Positions 43,701 to 50,222 of a stretch of DNA of 64,000 bases are shown here, piece by piece. Position 1 is the stretch's first letter, and the number at the start of each line of letters is the position of its first letter. Below the pieces are notes generated by a model. That model did no database searches and was not told where the DNA came from. It saw only the letters and a program-made list of their open reading frames with translations. This DNA is from an uncultured virus (IMG/VR IMGVR_UViG_3300009164_000062). Its lineage: Duplodnaviria; Heunggongvirae; Uroviricota; Caudoviricetes. A program made the position numbers and the translations under genes. The DNA is taken from IMG/VR virus record IMGVR_UViG_3300009164_000062; one strand, written 5' to 3'.

Positions 43701-45310
43701 AAATAACTTTAATTAATGCTCTATCTCCAAATACTTCATTGTTGATAGAAGTATACGAAATAGGTAACGGCAATCAAATCGCAAGGGGAACTACTGATAA
43801 TGTTCCGTTAAAAACAAATTCTATGACAGGAAATAGCGAAATTGAATTAAATTCATGGTATATATTACTTGAAACTCCGCTGGTATATCATAATGGATCT
43901 CGTTTAGTATATGGAACCGATTACACAGTTGAGTTAAGTGATAATAATCTAATGTCAATTCTGTTCGATAATGTATATGATCCAGAAGTTGATTTCATAT
44001 CATTTGCTATCCTTCAGGATAGCACAACTATAAATGATTATAATACTGACGATCATTTTGGATATAGTATTCCGGAGACACAAGTATTTGAGTACACCTC
44101 ATCAACTACATTTACTTTATCAAATAATCTTAACTATCTTGGGTCAGCTTCAGACAATGAAGACAATGCAATCATTGAATTAAATGGATTAAGATTAAAA
44201 CCGGCAGATTATACCATTAATGCAGTAGCAGGTACAGTAACTGTACCAAGTGCCGGATCAGGAGATATTGTTGCTGTTACATCTTACCATGAAACAAAAC
44301 GACAATATTTAAACACTGATACTACGACTTCTTTTGTAAGTGTTCCAATTTCATATGTTGATAACAGTTCGTTTGTTGATGTTTCTGTTGTGTTTTTAGG
44401 TAATCCTGGATTTGTCACTGGTGATTATGTTGTCTTAGATGGATTTAGCTCATCACCTCAATTGAATAATATACAAGTATATCTATTTGCTAATAGTTCT
44501 TTTGTGAACGGCGGAGACACATATTACCCGTACACATTATATACCGATAGCGGATTAACAACTCCTATTCGTAGTGTAAATGTAAGCGTTAACCAATATG
44601 AACAACCTCTTGGATTTGTTACTAAAGTTAGCAACTTGATTCCAATTACAATTTCTTCGGTGGCCATTACAAAAACTGCTCAAACTTTCTATGTTGTGCC
44701 AAAAGATACAAACAGAACTTGGGTCACAATTAATGGAAATAGAGTTTCTCCTAGCCAGTTAAGATTTGTCCCAGGAGAAAATTCAACTAAGTTGAACATA
44801 TTAACGACAGTTAATTCAGGTGATCAAATAATAGTAACTTCAATGGTTCCGGGTGCTTCTCCAAATAGCAACACATATCTGTTAGATATTAATAAGTCAC
44901 ATGAGGCATCAGTATATCAAGCTGATATTAAGAAGACTGCTTGGATAGTACCGTCACGCCGTACTGAGGGCGGAAGCCCAGATTTTATTGCGTCAGATGA
45001 CACTATTTACTTGAACAATGTTTCATATGTTGTACATCCCGACACTAAGATAATACAGATTAATGGAGAGAAAATTCGATTTACTACGGTAGACTATGCA
45101 GAAAATACAATATCAGGATTGACTCGAGGAATAGAAGGAACCGGACAGGTATTAATACATAAGGTTAATACTACGGTATTCTCAATATCTGCGTCAACTA
45201 AATTAGAAAACGATTATTATAATAGACTTTGGTACAATAAACAAGCCGGGGATCCTATTCAACTCAGTGATAATATCCCGGTAAAATTCTTAAATATCGG
45301 TCTACAATGA
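28799..45310 (+). CDS. Giant (5503 aa) baseplate-wedge/fibre protein, gp7-like N-terminus, multi-domain
   Basis: Uninterrupted 16.5 kb ORF after gp6. DKIINYSQYYWLPQGP; FG-GAP-like repeats; VG..G.I..S.DG..W propeller repeats; INEVKPYHT. Confidence 0.8.
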   Translation: MATQVRTIDFLPEIFKTKSNEQFLAATLDQIAQQPDFVKVQGFVGSKFGYGVQATDGYLSEPTKERADYQLEPSVVFKKKDTSIAVDTIPYSGLINGLDIEGALVSKHGRLFSNEFYSWDSFTDLDKIINYSQYYWLPQGPDMVTVSTIDDFFNLDFTVSNIFAAYKISSLEKSYSESNPTLTLIRGGTYTFNVNQNSNFWIQTEPGVDGVQKANPNISTRVVYGVDGNGLSEGQITFTVPLSTDQNDNIYAGDVSLDLATTKKFDEIHGKTLNEIKDIDGVVNLNSKTLLFYKSLPTNSYFRGTFLDEYEFDSDAPGNVLKSTVEITQTSASGNLLHTTSTIGLRAGADITFSGIPFGGIVVNRTYYIKQIIDSTTFTISESFNGPLPIDGVTFHVTNGSTDPNAPLLANANVGGLEEGKYTRVNNNFYRIKYVGDSNNPTIYLEEEGVLPTNEKIYITGGTEYTARYFVRNFYGEISLVNVITSTLSTLYYQDGSNIDQYGKINIIDKDNPSDIDIENDILGKKTYTSPNGIVFTNGLKVKFFGGVSPISYLNDSYYIEGVGSSIRLVPASEQLVPEPFTEGAAIPFESGGFDTSPYSDSALVPELPDYITIQRGSKNKNAWSRSNRWFHVDVLNATLASNPNSQLVLNAFSNSKYRAKRPIIEFYPDLKLFKSGSVAKAPVDFIDFTVTNAFTQVYGKLESSYSPDGSSSSLFDGARIIFANDADPLVRNQIFVVALNDINSDNSFKINLTRAVDNPVQYNDQVVITKGEYAKGLTYYFDGLNWNEGQSKSTINQQPLFDIFDANGNSFGDEKYYPGTDFIGTKLFSYAIGSGEDDSILKFPIKYSSIVNIGDIVFESFINSQTFNFINEDTSISLAINNGYIHSYTSNTDFTRLIGWQTAVENSFQYQIFNLIYNDAPLLCDIAAKNASETKWPSIVVYENNERITDYTFTVTSDTTEITLLTPPATGTPVEILIYSDQVSNVGYYQIPSNFDHNPFNEEVTNINLGDLRGHYKSICNNITTLTGNAFGPNNFRDLGNLVPYGTRIVQNSAPLTIPAMFTKKSKFNFLDSLKYNRNQYTKFKIALVDIVNQTDYLSTDLESYILDDAIGKLSLNKNEANSFFYSDMLPASLTTTTRSYVFNSSVDTSVFPLTRYYDFANANYYSVLVYLGRKVDGVTRNIQLLKDIDYTIRPDEKLLRISTDLLPNDVITVKEYSQSYGSFVPNTPSKLGFYPSFVPEIVFDTSYMTPTYFIKGHDGSLTKLYGEYINGFLVDNRDRALFEFEKRVYNNLKVNAKIPIEYDEVFPGYYRKTDYSLRELNAIYSSEFLNWAGTNNIDYKSQRYLDTKEFTWNYKGSKHKVDNSIIEQGNWRGIYLWMYDSATPHSTPWEILGLYSKPAWWDSRYGEAPYTSENTLLWGDISNGYIWNNGEPYINKRRIRNNLLNALPVDTYGKLLSPFDSVVGNYARENFKNDWNVFDFGPAEYAYRTSSNWPFDLLRIFALTKPAQFFSLGIDLDSYKYNTEFNQYLVNNRKRQTNNDSPIYGSGTATHSLYNWVVDYANLNGVNNYSELVDYIANIDVRLSYRLAGFSDKSLLKFFAEKGSPNSRNASLLIPDESFTILLNETQPYKNIIYSSVIIQKTNAGFRVYGNDRERSYFIANDARSDGQYENITVGSQTVNLSTNFFNTTSLYSYGYEFTTVKSLANFLNGYGYYLQSLGLVFEGIENGIEINWRQMVVELLYWIDSGWEEGSVINLNPSASSISITNKIGVMQSMSDAQSSILNQNLINIPIRDLGITRIGTKFTAKALNSGDSISFFKSNVTSFEHVVVFDNVTVFNDTIFNLISGLRQQRLFIKGSKTATWDGTLNAPGFVINQDNVPEWQQNTKYNRGSIVKYKNSYWSYIPALSNSSSTFKTEDWNAVDYHLMQKGLLPNASTRAKESTLYYDSNITNLKKDADLLSFSLIGYRPRSYFSEINLNDNTQVNLYKSMLVNKGTKNSLNILLGATLQETDLDYTFHENWAIKNSDFGGTMNKNFIEVTLDQSLLPGNPAIVSIVRGTTEAGAQQEIQFNNLKNYGTVPKDANFLPTISATSSSKLPSAGYVNIDDVETYSYYPGTLNGSTIGDIYKNDYIWVADVVGEWKVYTPIRTGVNLITVRNSLNNQALFIFDKPHDLVKDTLFGIINFGTSVNGYYTVMEVISLTSILVIKTLDKAVTSLSGTGIMFKLGNQRVEKAKDILGLPLLNSEYVKNKVWVDKDVNGEWNVLQKSNVYSYKTSNTPNGSLSFGATVCATEGGYLIADPDVGTLYYYIDSPLSATEWRLYKKLVGRPGFGQAMATNDEILVVSQPDPFGDLSKIYIYRKIVNDKLNVLVEEQVMSFTNSMFGEGIIVGAVGSSLALSGDGNYLYIGATDLTVVGAPSNLGLFFSFQLDQGLLFYDVGFTISSTVSPGATQFEIYGDVGAYGAGRRVSFTTYGVGDNLYTIITTQYNASKQTTTIYILETIPYTISTGSTMYLAVLNYSLVGAVSSENLGGVPDRFGNSLATNYDGTKLFVGAPLADFNYVPDTGTVLTYNRLVESWEVVGDSPRNSVALFFISWTPNYGSAIYINDVRLHPSYYVLISNVLITFVELKSGDIITVSSGNVVLMQKLLGGTLTQDFSNGEKFGFSLDCNVSGTDLIVGSPNNLDNLGNEGAVFRFTNEGKRTGTISGLFDCRLLYPVDILINGYRVQLGDPDPYEGIVGDAYYVANRINLSVVNNVFAYAFTDDGGQTYLRIRLRDFNLGPVNNKLNITVFGSNYYHEDKFTGDASTLSFVLAHAPPNKSYLTVTIDDYVIPSYNYSLSGNTLTFASAPWDDGKVVVNWTEALAGPSIIMTQLGIAEYITTEVITDPRPNSRTSFGYSVKFSELNSFIVGAPTTDRYLNTTFDFTDDTNNHNDCVFDNNFTQWEDNYKNAGQAYVYEYIDSQGETLLSLGNYIYSQSLPDLETSYGKQPYYGKAVALRNNRAIIGAPNHKYSSGTTTGRAVAYQNLSGDKHWSVFRKSSEITDVNKIQKVQLYDNTTNLTLDSLDYFDPLQGKLLGTIAVNLDYIAGVDPAGYNNDIATGNVVWSKNKIGTMWFDISSTKFINYHQDDIEYNSKYWGSVFPGSIVTVYSWIESDVLPINYIGGGTPYDFASYSVSYETDAGGNLNVRYYYWVRNTNILFSAKGKTLTDTVIENYILNPLGSGISYFTALKSNVFGLYNIRDSLRGTKTNLHIGYSSTSVDIPIHSEVKLIRSDFPSDFLPGLPDGKNYLIPEGLYKKFIESLAGQDDNGQVLPNSNVPKLVQIGTGVRPGQTMFINRTEALKNYIKYANSVLKGYPITELPNLTFLSDSGDNYDTTKYWNYTYWWAEGYSDTVKPIFEVNTYPDLIKETVADGAIVGVIKNLQGHREVYKFTFGSWQRIGLENGTIEISSKIWNPIGDDIGYGDNFFDVLSFDSYPVTETKNIIRALNEQIYVGELLEHRNKSLILMFEYIQSENIESQNYLPWLNKTSLADVSYQVRELKSYQKYQTENINLLEGFINEVKPYHTVLKEFYFTYFGTDVYQGSIFDFDLPAKYNVDTSKFESPKLKNTNFNTESDIVATDNLWSTDTENKSWYENYGLKIDSGKDQVIGILGKYMSTSSQEIILETAYGVPVTGLIKIDDELIRYTQVDREHKKLFGISRGVENTTVTEHLPGTKVFSDLSGIVVIFGGRGYVDAPIVKAKIDLTKYSAPRKEASLKAVLIEDRVVEVQVLDPGEGYVVTPDIVFEPAFTIDFNNTQLNYEYDLLVIDSDQLQTGDQVKIVSNSNTFESILPGYYYVKVLGFNQASIRSNKPVISLHYSLREALSGDHRVSFKTNRLNVSLSYTLEMVPRAIVITNNSIVRGISPKLRFDRTSYKSLVVPWESGIFWPSIFVSLGNDSSSNLTMSSSTEYKFDQYTATLDNTISISSFAGLGLKFSVFNEIAIGEYYVTITSPGVGFRVNDTITITGDNLGGSTPSNDVIITITQITGTGSAGPIKTVSVSGDPYIPEDINANELLLQSKILTASLQGAVMPIVSASLDPSDDGAIIKVNYVPSNLKPGQVKGLKTQFFRNLPSYTYNDTGANFKATFEIGETSTFQGTIAGTTLTVTSAPVSIGISIGDLLTGGSIATDVYIVERKTGTSISTNSSWTISSPVTQVSTVTFTVTPVTMTVTEVTKGKLSAGQTLSNSELVSGTKIASVIVGTTGGVGYYKVTKAQTITTPISIQTNGGAIFEIHRPNFDPQIIVNRYYLKIIDPGTIYKDGDVIIIPGNDLGGVTGTNDAVIDINYANDTTGEIQISKISGLSVGFTANYYIFPVTPTELKIFSDSGLIKPTPFTDFIFKSDGTSDFAYLAEPLITSGGYKYVVSALVSYNKKVYRCIESNSDDYFDYKKWQEVNVDDRSLNAVDRIAGYYEPTINMPAKDLGQLLLGVTNPNPTYLGNSFAPDEVLPLDSIIKDTRFYPRDININAMIPILIYDQSHTLIRTEYVAIGEANNESLLMASDNGTVWLKTTLIDWSFKDFHIGDIGVSDIAFNGFFYVATTTNAKTGLLVSPNKVNWVTIGEQITFDFGGYSNAGYDELQIDCPETPLNSIITSGESFIACGMYQIVKSDDGILWRSVYTNTSRLYQNLNDIKYVETTGYAGFLAVGIGNKVVSGNETAAPVIESYGKILLSDSGETWGESSVQFTTNEFFGVASSNQLIVVVGSGGDLWISLNASNWGQVTVDDYNGDPITSTLRDVIYANNTFIAVGDNGIIITSSDGYVWQASNTNGLTNNLINISYDGTHFFIVGSNGSMFRSLTGDLWTDISNVVVTQPYYEIKGSDFLTGYGPEEMIPGVVSDTISFRVTTRPGSWWDVETVSQSKLYGYTGFNMKSRIDSSGDSVLSFADMVTTPAQLSVFVVDNDTFMGPRIYQGFDYTVNWITKEITLINALSPNTSLLIEVYEIGNGNQIARGTTDNVPLKTNSMTGNSEIELNSWYILLETPLVYHNGSRLVYGTDYTVELSDNNLMSILFDNVYDPEVDFISFAILQDSTTINDYNTDDHFGYSIPETQVFEYTSSTTFTLSNNLNYLGSASDNEDNAIIELNGLRLKPADYTINAVAGTVTVPSAGSGDIVAVTSYHETKRQYLNTDTTTSFVSVPISYVDNSSFVDVSVVFLGNPGFVTGDYVVLDGFSSSPQLNNIQVYLFANSSFVNGGDTYYPYTLYTDSGLTTPIRSVNVSVNQYEQPLGFVTKVSNLIPITISSVAITKTAQTFYVVPKDTNRTWVTINGNRVSPSQLRFVPGENSTKLNILTTVNSGDQIIVTSMVPGASPNSNTYLLDINKSHEASVYQADIKKTAWIVPSRRTEGGSPDFIASDDTIYLNNVSYVVHPDTKIIQINGEKIRFTTVDYAENTISGLTRGIEGTGQVLIHKVNTTVFSISASTKLENDYYNRLWYNKQAGDPIQLSDNIPVKFLNIGLQ

Positions 45311-45312
45311 GA

Positions 45313-45320
45313 GATAAATA
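45313..45320 (+). promoter_or_regulatory. Late promoter box GATAAATA
   Basis: Just after the giant gene stop, 7 nt before ATG 45328. Confidence 0.55.
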
Positions 45321-45327
45321 AATGATT

Positions 45328-45477
45328 ATGAACGAAAAACCCATTGATGTAGAGCAACCCCAACAAGATTCTACCCCTGCCCCAAATGAGCAGGGAGGGT
45401 TTATCTTTAGTTCTAGTATTAAGATATCTGATCCTAATACCAAAGAGATTATATTACATATGCGAGGCGACGATTAA
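45328..45477 (+). CDS. Small hypothetical virion protein (49 aa; not in ORF track)
   Basis: MNEKPIDVEQPQQDSTPAPNEQGGFIFSSSIKISDPNTKEIILHMRGDD*; TAATG overlap with the next gene. Confidence 0.7.
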   Translation: MNEKPIDVEQPQQDSTPAPNEQGGFIFSSSIKISDPNTKEIILHMRGDD

Positions 45478-46097
45478 TGTCACAAGTAACAATTCCTATT
45501 CAAATTGAGGGCTTTTTGAAAGTTTTCGACCCCAACAACGGGGAAGTTTTTTATGACGGACACAATGCTATTCACTATGAAAATATCAGTGTAGCAATTG
45601 CAGATACACTAAGCAGTCGAGGTTACGGTAGTATTCTTAGAATGGGTTTTGGTAACGGTGGCGCAAGCGTAGACGAAACCGGAGTTATCACATATTTACC
45701 TACTAACACTACTGGACAAAATGCTTCATTGTATAATCAAACTTACGTAAAAGTTATCGATGATACTAGTATTTTAAACACAGACCCTAGTAGAAATAAA
45801 ATGATTGTAAATCACCCTACAGGTAAGGTGTTTTCTGATATTATCATTGAATGTATATTAGATTACGGCGAGCCTCCAGGACAATTAGCATTTGATAATG
45901 GAACTAGAAATGCTTCATCGTTTGTTTTTGATGAAATAGGACTAATTGCAGATTATGGAAGCGATGCTAACGGAAATGAACTTACTAAACTTTTGACTCA
46001 TGTGATTTTTCACCCAATTCAAAAGAGTTTGAATAGACAAATTCAGATTGACTATACAATCCGAATTCAAAGTTTGACCAACTTAATCACGGTTTAA
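45477..46097 (+). CDS. Baseplate/tail-fibre attachment structural protein (hypothetical)
   Basis: NAIHYENIS, FGNGG, LDYGEP, FDEIGL, LLTHVIFHPIQKSLNR.I.I.YT.RI. Confidence 0.6.
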   Translation: MSQVTIPIQIEGFLKVFDPNNGEVFYDGHNAIHYENISVAIADTLSSRGYGSILRMGFGNGGASVDETGVITYLPTNTTGQNASLYNQTYVKVIDDTSILNTDPSRNKMIVNHPTGKVFSDIIIECILDYGEPPGQLAFDNGTRNASSFVFDEIGLIADYGSDANGNELTKLLTHVIFHPIQKSLNRQIQIDYTIRIQSLTNLITV

Positions 46098-46098
46098 A

Positions 46099-46106
46099 GA
46101 TAAATA
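46099..46106 (+). promoter_or_regulatory. Late promoter box GATAAATA
   Basis: Upstream of the fibre gene, followed by a GGAG RBS. Confidence 0.6.
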
Positions 46107-46130
46107 TATTAATATTGCGGAGTAAAATAA

Positions 46131-47339
46131 ATGGCATACCAAATACTTAGAACTAATGGATCAACCCTGACAACAATTCAGGATGGTACTATTAATACTA
46201 CTAGCACATCACTACAATTACCAGGACGAAATAAAGCAGGGTATGGTCAAGCATTGAACCAAAACTTTGTCCGACTAACTGAAAATTTTGCTAGTGACGC
46301 ACCCCCACCAAATGCGTTAAAAGGTCAACTTTGGTATGATACTTCCGGTGCAGAATTATACGTTTGTCCAGCTGACGGACTAACTTCTAAAAGTTCTTGG
46401 AGCAAACTAGCTAGCACAGGTGGATCCGGTGGTCTTGTAACAATTGGAGCGTTACATGTAACTGGTGATTCTGAAATCAACGGTAATCTTTCTGTTGATG
46501 GTTTTATTCTCGGGGACTCTATTACTGCCGCTACTGGTACTATTACAGACTTGAGTGGCACTTCTATTGATTATTCTACTGGTACTATACTTACTTTAAA
46601 TAGTCAAGCAATTTCAACCGGCTCTGCTAGTACTGATGGTACTCTAACTGGTAAATGGGCTGTAATTGGTCCTACTAGTGGTAACGCAATGACACTAACT
46701 GGTAATTTACGCTTTTCTGCAAGCACGTATGGCATTAGATCAGACAACTATATGTACGCAAATGGTGCGGCCTTTACACCAACAGGTACCTATAATAGTT
46801 CTAACGTTGCGCTTTATTTAGCCGACGATAACGTCAGTGGATTTAAGGGTAATATTGCTCCTAACAAGGTTACCACTAATTTCTTGGCAGGTGGAGGCAA
46901 GATTCAGGGTACTTGGACGTTAGATGCTAACGCAAGATTTCAAGCAACATACGCTGACTTAGCTGAAAGATTTGAAGCAGATGCAGTATATGATCCGGGT
47001 ACGGTTGTCGAACTTGGTGGTGAGAAAGAAATCACTGCTGTAGTTGAAGATTTAAGTGATACCGTGTTTGGAGTTGTAAGCAACACGGCAGCTTATTTAA
47101 TGAATAGCAAATCAGGGTATACAGATGCAACTCATCCTCCGATTGCAATTAGCGGTCGTGTCCAAGTAAAGGTAAAAGGATCAGTTAAAAAGGGTGATAG
47201 ACTTGTTAGCGCAGGAAGTGGGTATGCAAGGTCAGCAAATAAAGAAGAAGTGACAGCATTTAATACTATCGGTCGTTCGCTAGGTGATAAATTAGATGAT
47301 ACAGATGGAACTGTTGAAGCAGTTGTAATGTTGAAATAA
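46131..47339 (+). CDS. Tail fibre protein with C-terminal intramolecular-chaperone/autoproteolytic-like domain
   Basis: N-terminal L.GRN..GYG..LNQNF..L.ENFA...GQLWYD; Thr/Gly/Ser-rich shaft; C-terminal YADLAERF...GTVV..GG.KE...GVVS...GRV.VKV.G...KGD.LV. Confidence 0.75.
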   Translation: MAYQILRTNGSTLTTIQDGTINTTSTSLQLPGRNKAGYGQALNQNFVRLTENFASDAPPPNALKGQLWYDTSGAELYVCPADGLTSKSSWSKLASTGGSGGLVTIGALHVTGDSEINGNLSVDGFILGDSITAATGTITDLSGTSIDYSTGTILTLNSQAISTGSASTDGTLTGKWAVIGPTSGNAMTLTGNLRFSASTYGIRSDNYMYANGAAFTPTGTYNSSNVALYLADDNVSGFKGNIAPNKVTTNFLAGGGKIQGTWTLDANARFQATYADLAERFEADAVYDPGTVVELGGEKEITAVVEDLSDTVFGVVSNTAAYLMNSKSGYTDATHPPIAISGRVQVKVKGSVKKGDRLVSAGSGYARSANKEEVTAFNTIGRSLGDKLDDTDGTVEAVVMLK

Positions 47340-47351
47340 GAAGGAAAAATA

Positions 47352-48308
47352 ATGGCATATCAAAAAAGCGGAAAAATCGAAGCAGAAGACTTAAACCAAA
47401 TTCTGTTAAATGTTAATTCAGTACTTAGTTCCTTAGGTCAAACTACTATTTCTAACGTAGTTCCATTTAATAAGATGACATATACTGAATGGAAAAACGT
47501 AATTGAAACAATTTCTAATCTTGCAAATCAGCAAGGAACAACCATAACTAGTTTAAGTTCACCTATATTAGGGGATACAGCAACTTATGCTGCCGCATTG
47601 ATGACAAATCAAAGTACTATTGTTACTAATAAATTTAATGCAAAACTTCTTGGAACATTTGTATATAACGGTACCGAAGTCCCGTCAGCTTGGAAGGAGT
47701 ATGCAACATTTACTCAAAGCGTAACTTTTACCAATGCAACAATGGCTCAATATTATTTTAATGCAGGAGGTCAACTTGCATTACAGTTTGTTCACCCAGC
47801 TAGTAGTACTGGTATTGACGGAGTATTTAATGGACTAGCCACTAATTGCGGCACAATTGTATTAAGCGGTCATAGTTCAGGCACAAGAAGTATTGCCGAC
47901 GTAATTTATAACGGTGTTACCTCGATTCCCAACCAAATACCGAGGCAAGGCAATACACCTACTATTGGTACTAATTTGGGCTACGCTGGATTAACTACAA
48001 CTCGACAGTCAATATTTAAACAAATTGGTGCAACATACACGAATCCGGCAGTCGGCGGCGGAACATATAGTCAAAACAGTATTGAAGTTTTTGCTTATAC
48101 TTCAAATAACGGAGCAACAATTAATTTTGAAACAACTTGGGATGAAGTTCCTAATGGTTTAAACACAGGTGCAGGATCATATACTGGTCCTGATTCAGTG
48201 ACTAGAGCCAGAACTACTACGTATCTAGTTATTAGACCGCCGGCAACAACCTATATCACCAAGTCTTGGGGAACAATAGTGTTTGCCGGTTCAGTTGTTA
48301 AAGCATAA
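47352..48308 (+). CDS. Putative tail/fibre-associated structural protein
   Basis: MAYQKSGKIEAEDLN N-terminus, YYFNAGGQL, Thr/Gly-rich. Confidence 0.55.
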   Translation: MAYQKSGKIEAEDLNQILLNVNSVLSSLGQTTISNVVPFNKMTYTEWKNVIETISNLANQQGTTITSLSSPILGDTATYAAALMTNQSTIVTNKFNAKLLGTFVYNGTEVPSAWKEYATFTQSVTFTNATMAQYYFNAGGQLALQFVHPASSTGIDGVFNGLATNCGTIVLSGHSSGTRSIADVIYNGVTSIPNQIPRQGNTPTIGTNLGYAGLTTTRQSIFKQIGATYTNPAVGGGTYSQNSIEVFAYTSNNGATINFETTWDEVPNGLNTGAGSYTGPDSVTRARTTTYLVIRPPATTYITKSWGTIVFAGSVVKA

Positions 48309-48333
48309 AATTCTTTAGTATTGATTACATCCA

Positions 48334-48340
48334 GTAAATA
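48334..48340 (+). promoter_or_regulatory. Late promoter variant GTAAATA heading the modification operon
   Basis: Followed by AGGAG and ATG 48356. Confidence 0.45.
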
Positions 48341-48355
48341 CTTTCAGGAGTATAC

Positions 48356-48661
48356 ATGGATACTAAAGAACTAATCAATGAAGCTAAAGCACGGTTTAAT
48401 CATAATTCGGCTAAGGCTTATCTAAAAAGCAAATACCAAAGCAAATTAATAGTCGCTGACCAAGGCGGGCTATGGACAGCAACTCCCGAACTAATAGGAT
48501 TTTTATCTAGTATCAACAATAGGTATGTAGTTATATTAGATTCATACGAAAATCCTATTCGTGTTGATATTAACAAATTACAAATAAAATTAACAGAAAC
48601 TTATAACATTGTTATGGAACAATGGCATACTGAGTTATCAACATTAGAGAAGATTAGATGA
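48356..48661 (+). CDS. Hypothetical protein
   Basis: 101 aa, strong RBS, ATGA overlap with the next gene. Confidence 0.7.
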   Translation: MDTKELINEAKARFNHNSAKAYLKSKYQSKLIVADQGGLWTATPELIGFLSSINNRYVVILDSYENPIRVDINKLQIKLTETYNIVMEQWHTELSTLEKIR

Positions 48662-49461
48662 GTAAGGGTGTGTTGTTATTTGCATTTAACAACGGAACTA
48701 CTGACTATTTTAAAATGGCAGTAGCCACTGCAAACAGAGCCCGTGAATTCTTAAATCTAAAAACCACAGTAGTTACAGATTCCAATACAATTTTAGAGAA
48801 TTATTCTCATAATTTTGAGAATGTGATATTGGTTGATTCTGACAAAAGCAATAAAAATGTAGACAATCAAATATGGATCAACAAGGGAAGATATCAAGCA
48901 TATGACCTATCTCCGTATGATGAAACATTATTATTGGATACAGATTATCTTATCAATAGTGATACATTACTAAAACCATTTGAGTTATATGAAGATTTCA
49001 TGTGTCATAATACCACTGAGTTTTTAATGAAACCAGAGGCCGAGCAAGAGAAAATAAGCAAGTACTCTTTCAACACACTTTGGGCAACAGTGATTTACTT
49101 TAAAAAAACAAAAAAAACTAAACTAATATTCGACACTATAAAGATGGTTCAAGAAAACTATCAACATTATGTCAATATATATAACCCTACAGTAGGATTC
49201 TTTCGTAATGATTTTGCTTTGACCTTTGCACTACGTATAGTTAATGGGCAAACTGAGGATAAGAATAATTATATCCCTTGGCCACTAACACACGCGGATA
49301 AGGATGTTACAGTTATCTCAAATAATAATCATCCTTATAATGTTTCATATGCTTTATTATATGATAACCATACCCGACATAAAGTAAAGAAAGAATATAT
49401 TACGATTAAAGACAAAGACTTTCATATGCTCAGTAAAGAAAACTTTATGGAGGTAGTATGA
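48658..49461 (+). CDS. Putative GT-A fold glycosyltransferase
   Basis: GVLLFAFN...DY..MA, SPYDETLLLDTDY (DxD), WATVIYFKK, RNDFA. Confidence 0.6.
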   Translation: MSKGVLLFAFNNGTTDYFKMAVATANRAREFLNLKTTVVTDSNTILENYSHNFENVILVDSDKSNKNVDNQIWINKGRYQAYDLSPYDETLLLDTDYLINSDTLLKPFELYEDFMCHNTTEFLMKPEAEQEKISKYSFNTLWATVIYFKKTKKTKLIFDTIKMVQENYQHYVNIYNPTVGFFRNDFALTFALRIVNGQTEDKNNYIPWPLTHADKDVTVISNNNHPYNVSYALLYDNHTRHKVKKEYITIKDKDFHMLSKENFMEVV

Positions 49462-50222
49462 GTCATGGCTTTGTAATTATGGCACAGAACACATCATCTG
49501 TTGATTATGTAAAATGTGCAGAGCATTTATCTAAAAGTATTACTAGGGTCATGCCTGATGCCAGTATAACTATTATTACAGAAAACTTATTACCTTACGG
49601 GGACTTAGCTAAAGATAGTGATTGGAAACTAATCAATGATTGGCAAGTATATGAAGCCAGTCCATATGAATACACTATCAAACTTGAAGCGGATATGTTT
49701 ATTCCAAAAGATATTTCATATTGGTGGGAAGTATTAAAATCACGTGATTTAGTAGTAAGTAGTACGATTAGGGATTATACTAACCAAATCTCAGATGTTA
49801 AAGTATATAGAAATTTTATAACTAACAATCAATTACCAGACGTGTATAACGCAATCACATACTTTAAAAAGTCAGAGACCGCAGACAAGTTTTATAAAAT
49901 AGTACGACATGTTTTTGAGAATTGGGACGACTTCAAATCTATGCTAAAATGTGATGTTTCAGAAGTAGCAACTACAGATTGGGTATATAGTATTGCTTGT
50001 CATATTATGGGCGTAGAAAATACTACAATGCCCAATTTTAGCGAGTTTAGTTTTATACATATGAAATCTTTCATAAATAATCTTACAATGGATGATTGGA
50101 CTAAAGAATTGATATACGAATTTCAACCCGTACTTAAAATCGGGACGATTGTGCAAGAATATCCATTTCATTATCATATTAAATCGTTTAGTGATGTTAT
50201 AGGAGAACATAATGGAAAATGA
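49458..50222 (+). CDS. Putative GT-A fold glycosyltransferase (paralogue of the upstream gene)
   Basis: GFVIMAQN...DY..CA, SPYEYTIKLEADM, YNAITYFKKS, TDWVYS, F.HMK. Confidence 0.6.
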   Translation: MSHGFVIMAQNTSSVDYVKCAEHLSKSITRVMPDASITIITENLLPYGDLAKDSDWKLINDWQVYEASPYEYTIKLEADMFIPKDISYWWEVLKSRDLVVSSTIRDYTNQISDVKVYRNFITNNQLPDVYNAITYFKKSETADKFYKIVRHVFENWDDFKSMLKCDVSEVATTDWVYSIACHIMGVENTTMPNFSEFSFIHMKSFINNLTMDDWTKELIYEFQPVLKIGTIVQEYPFHYHIKSFSDVIGEHNGK

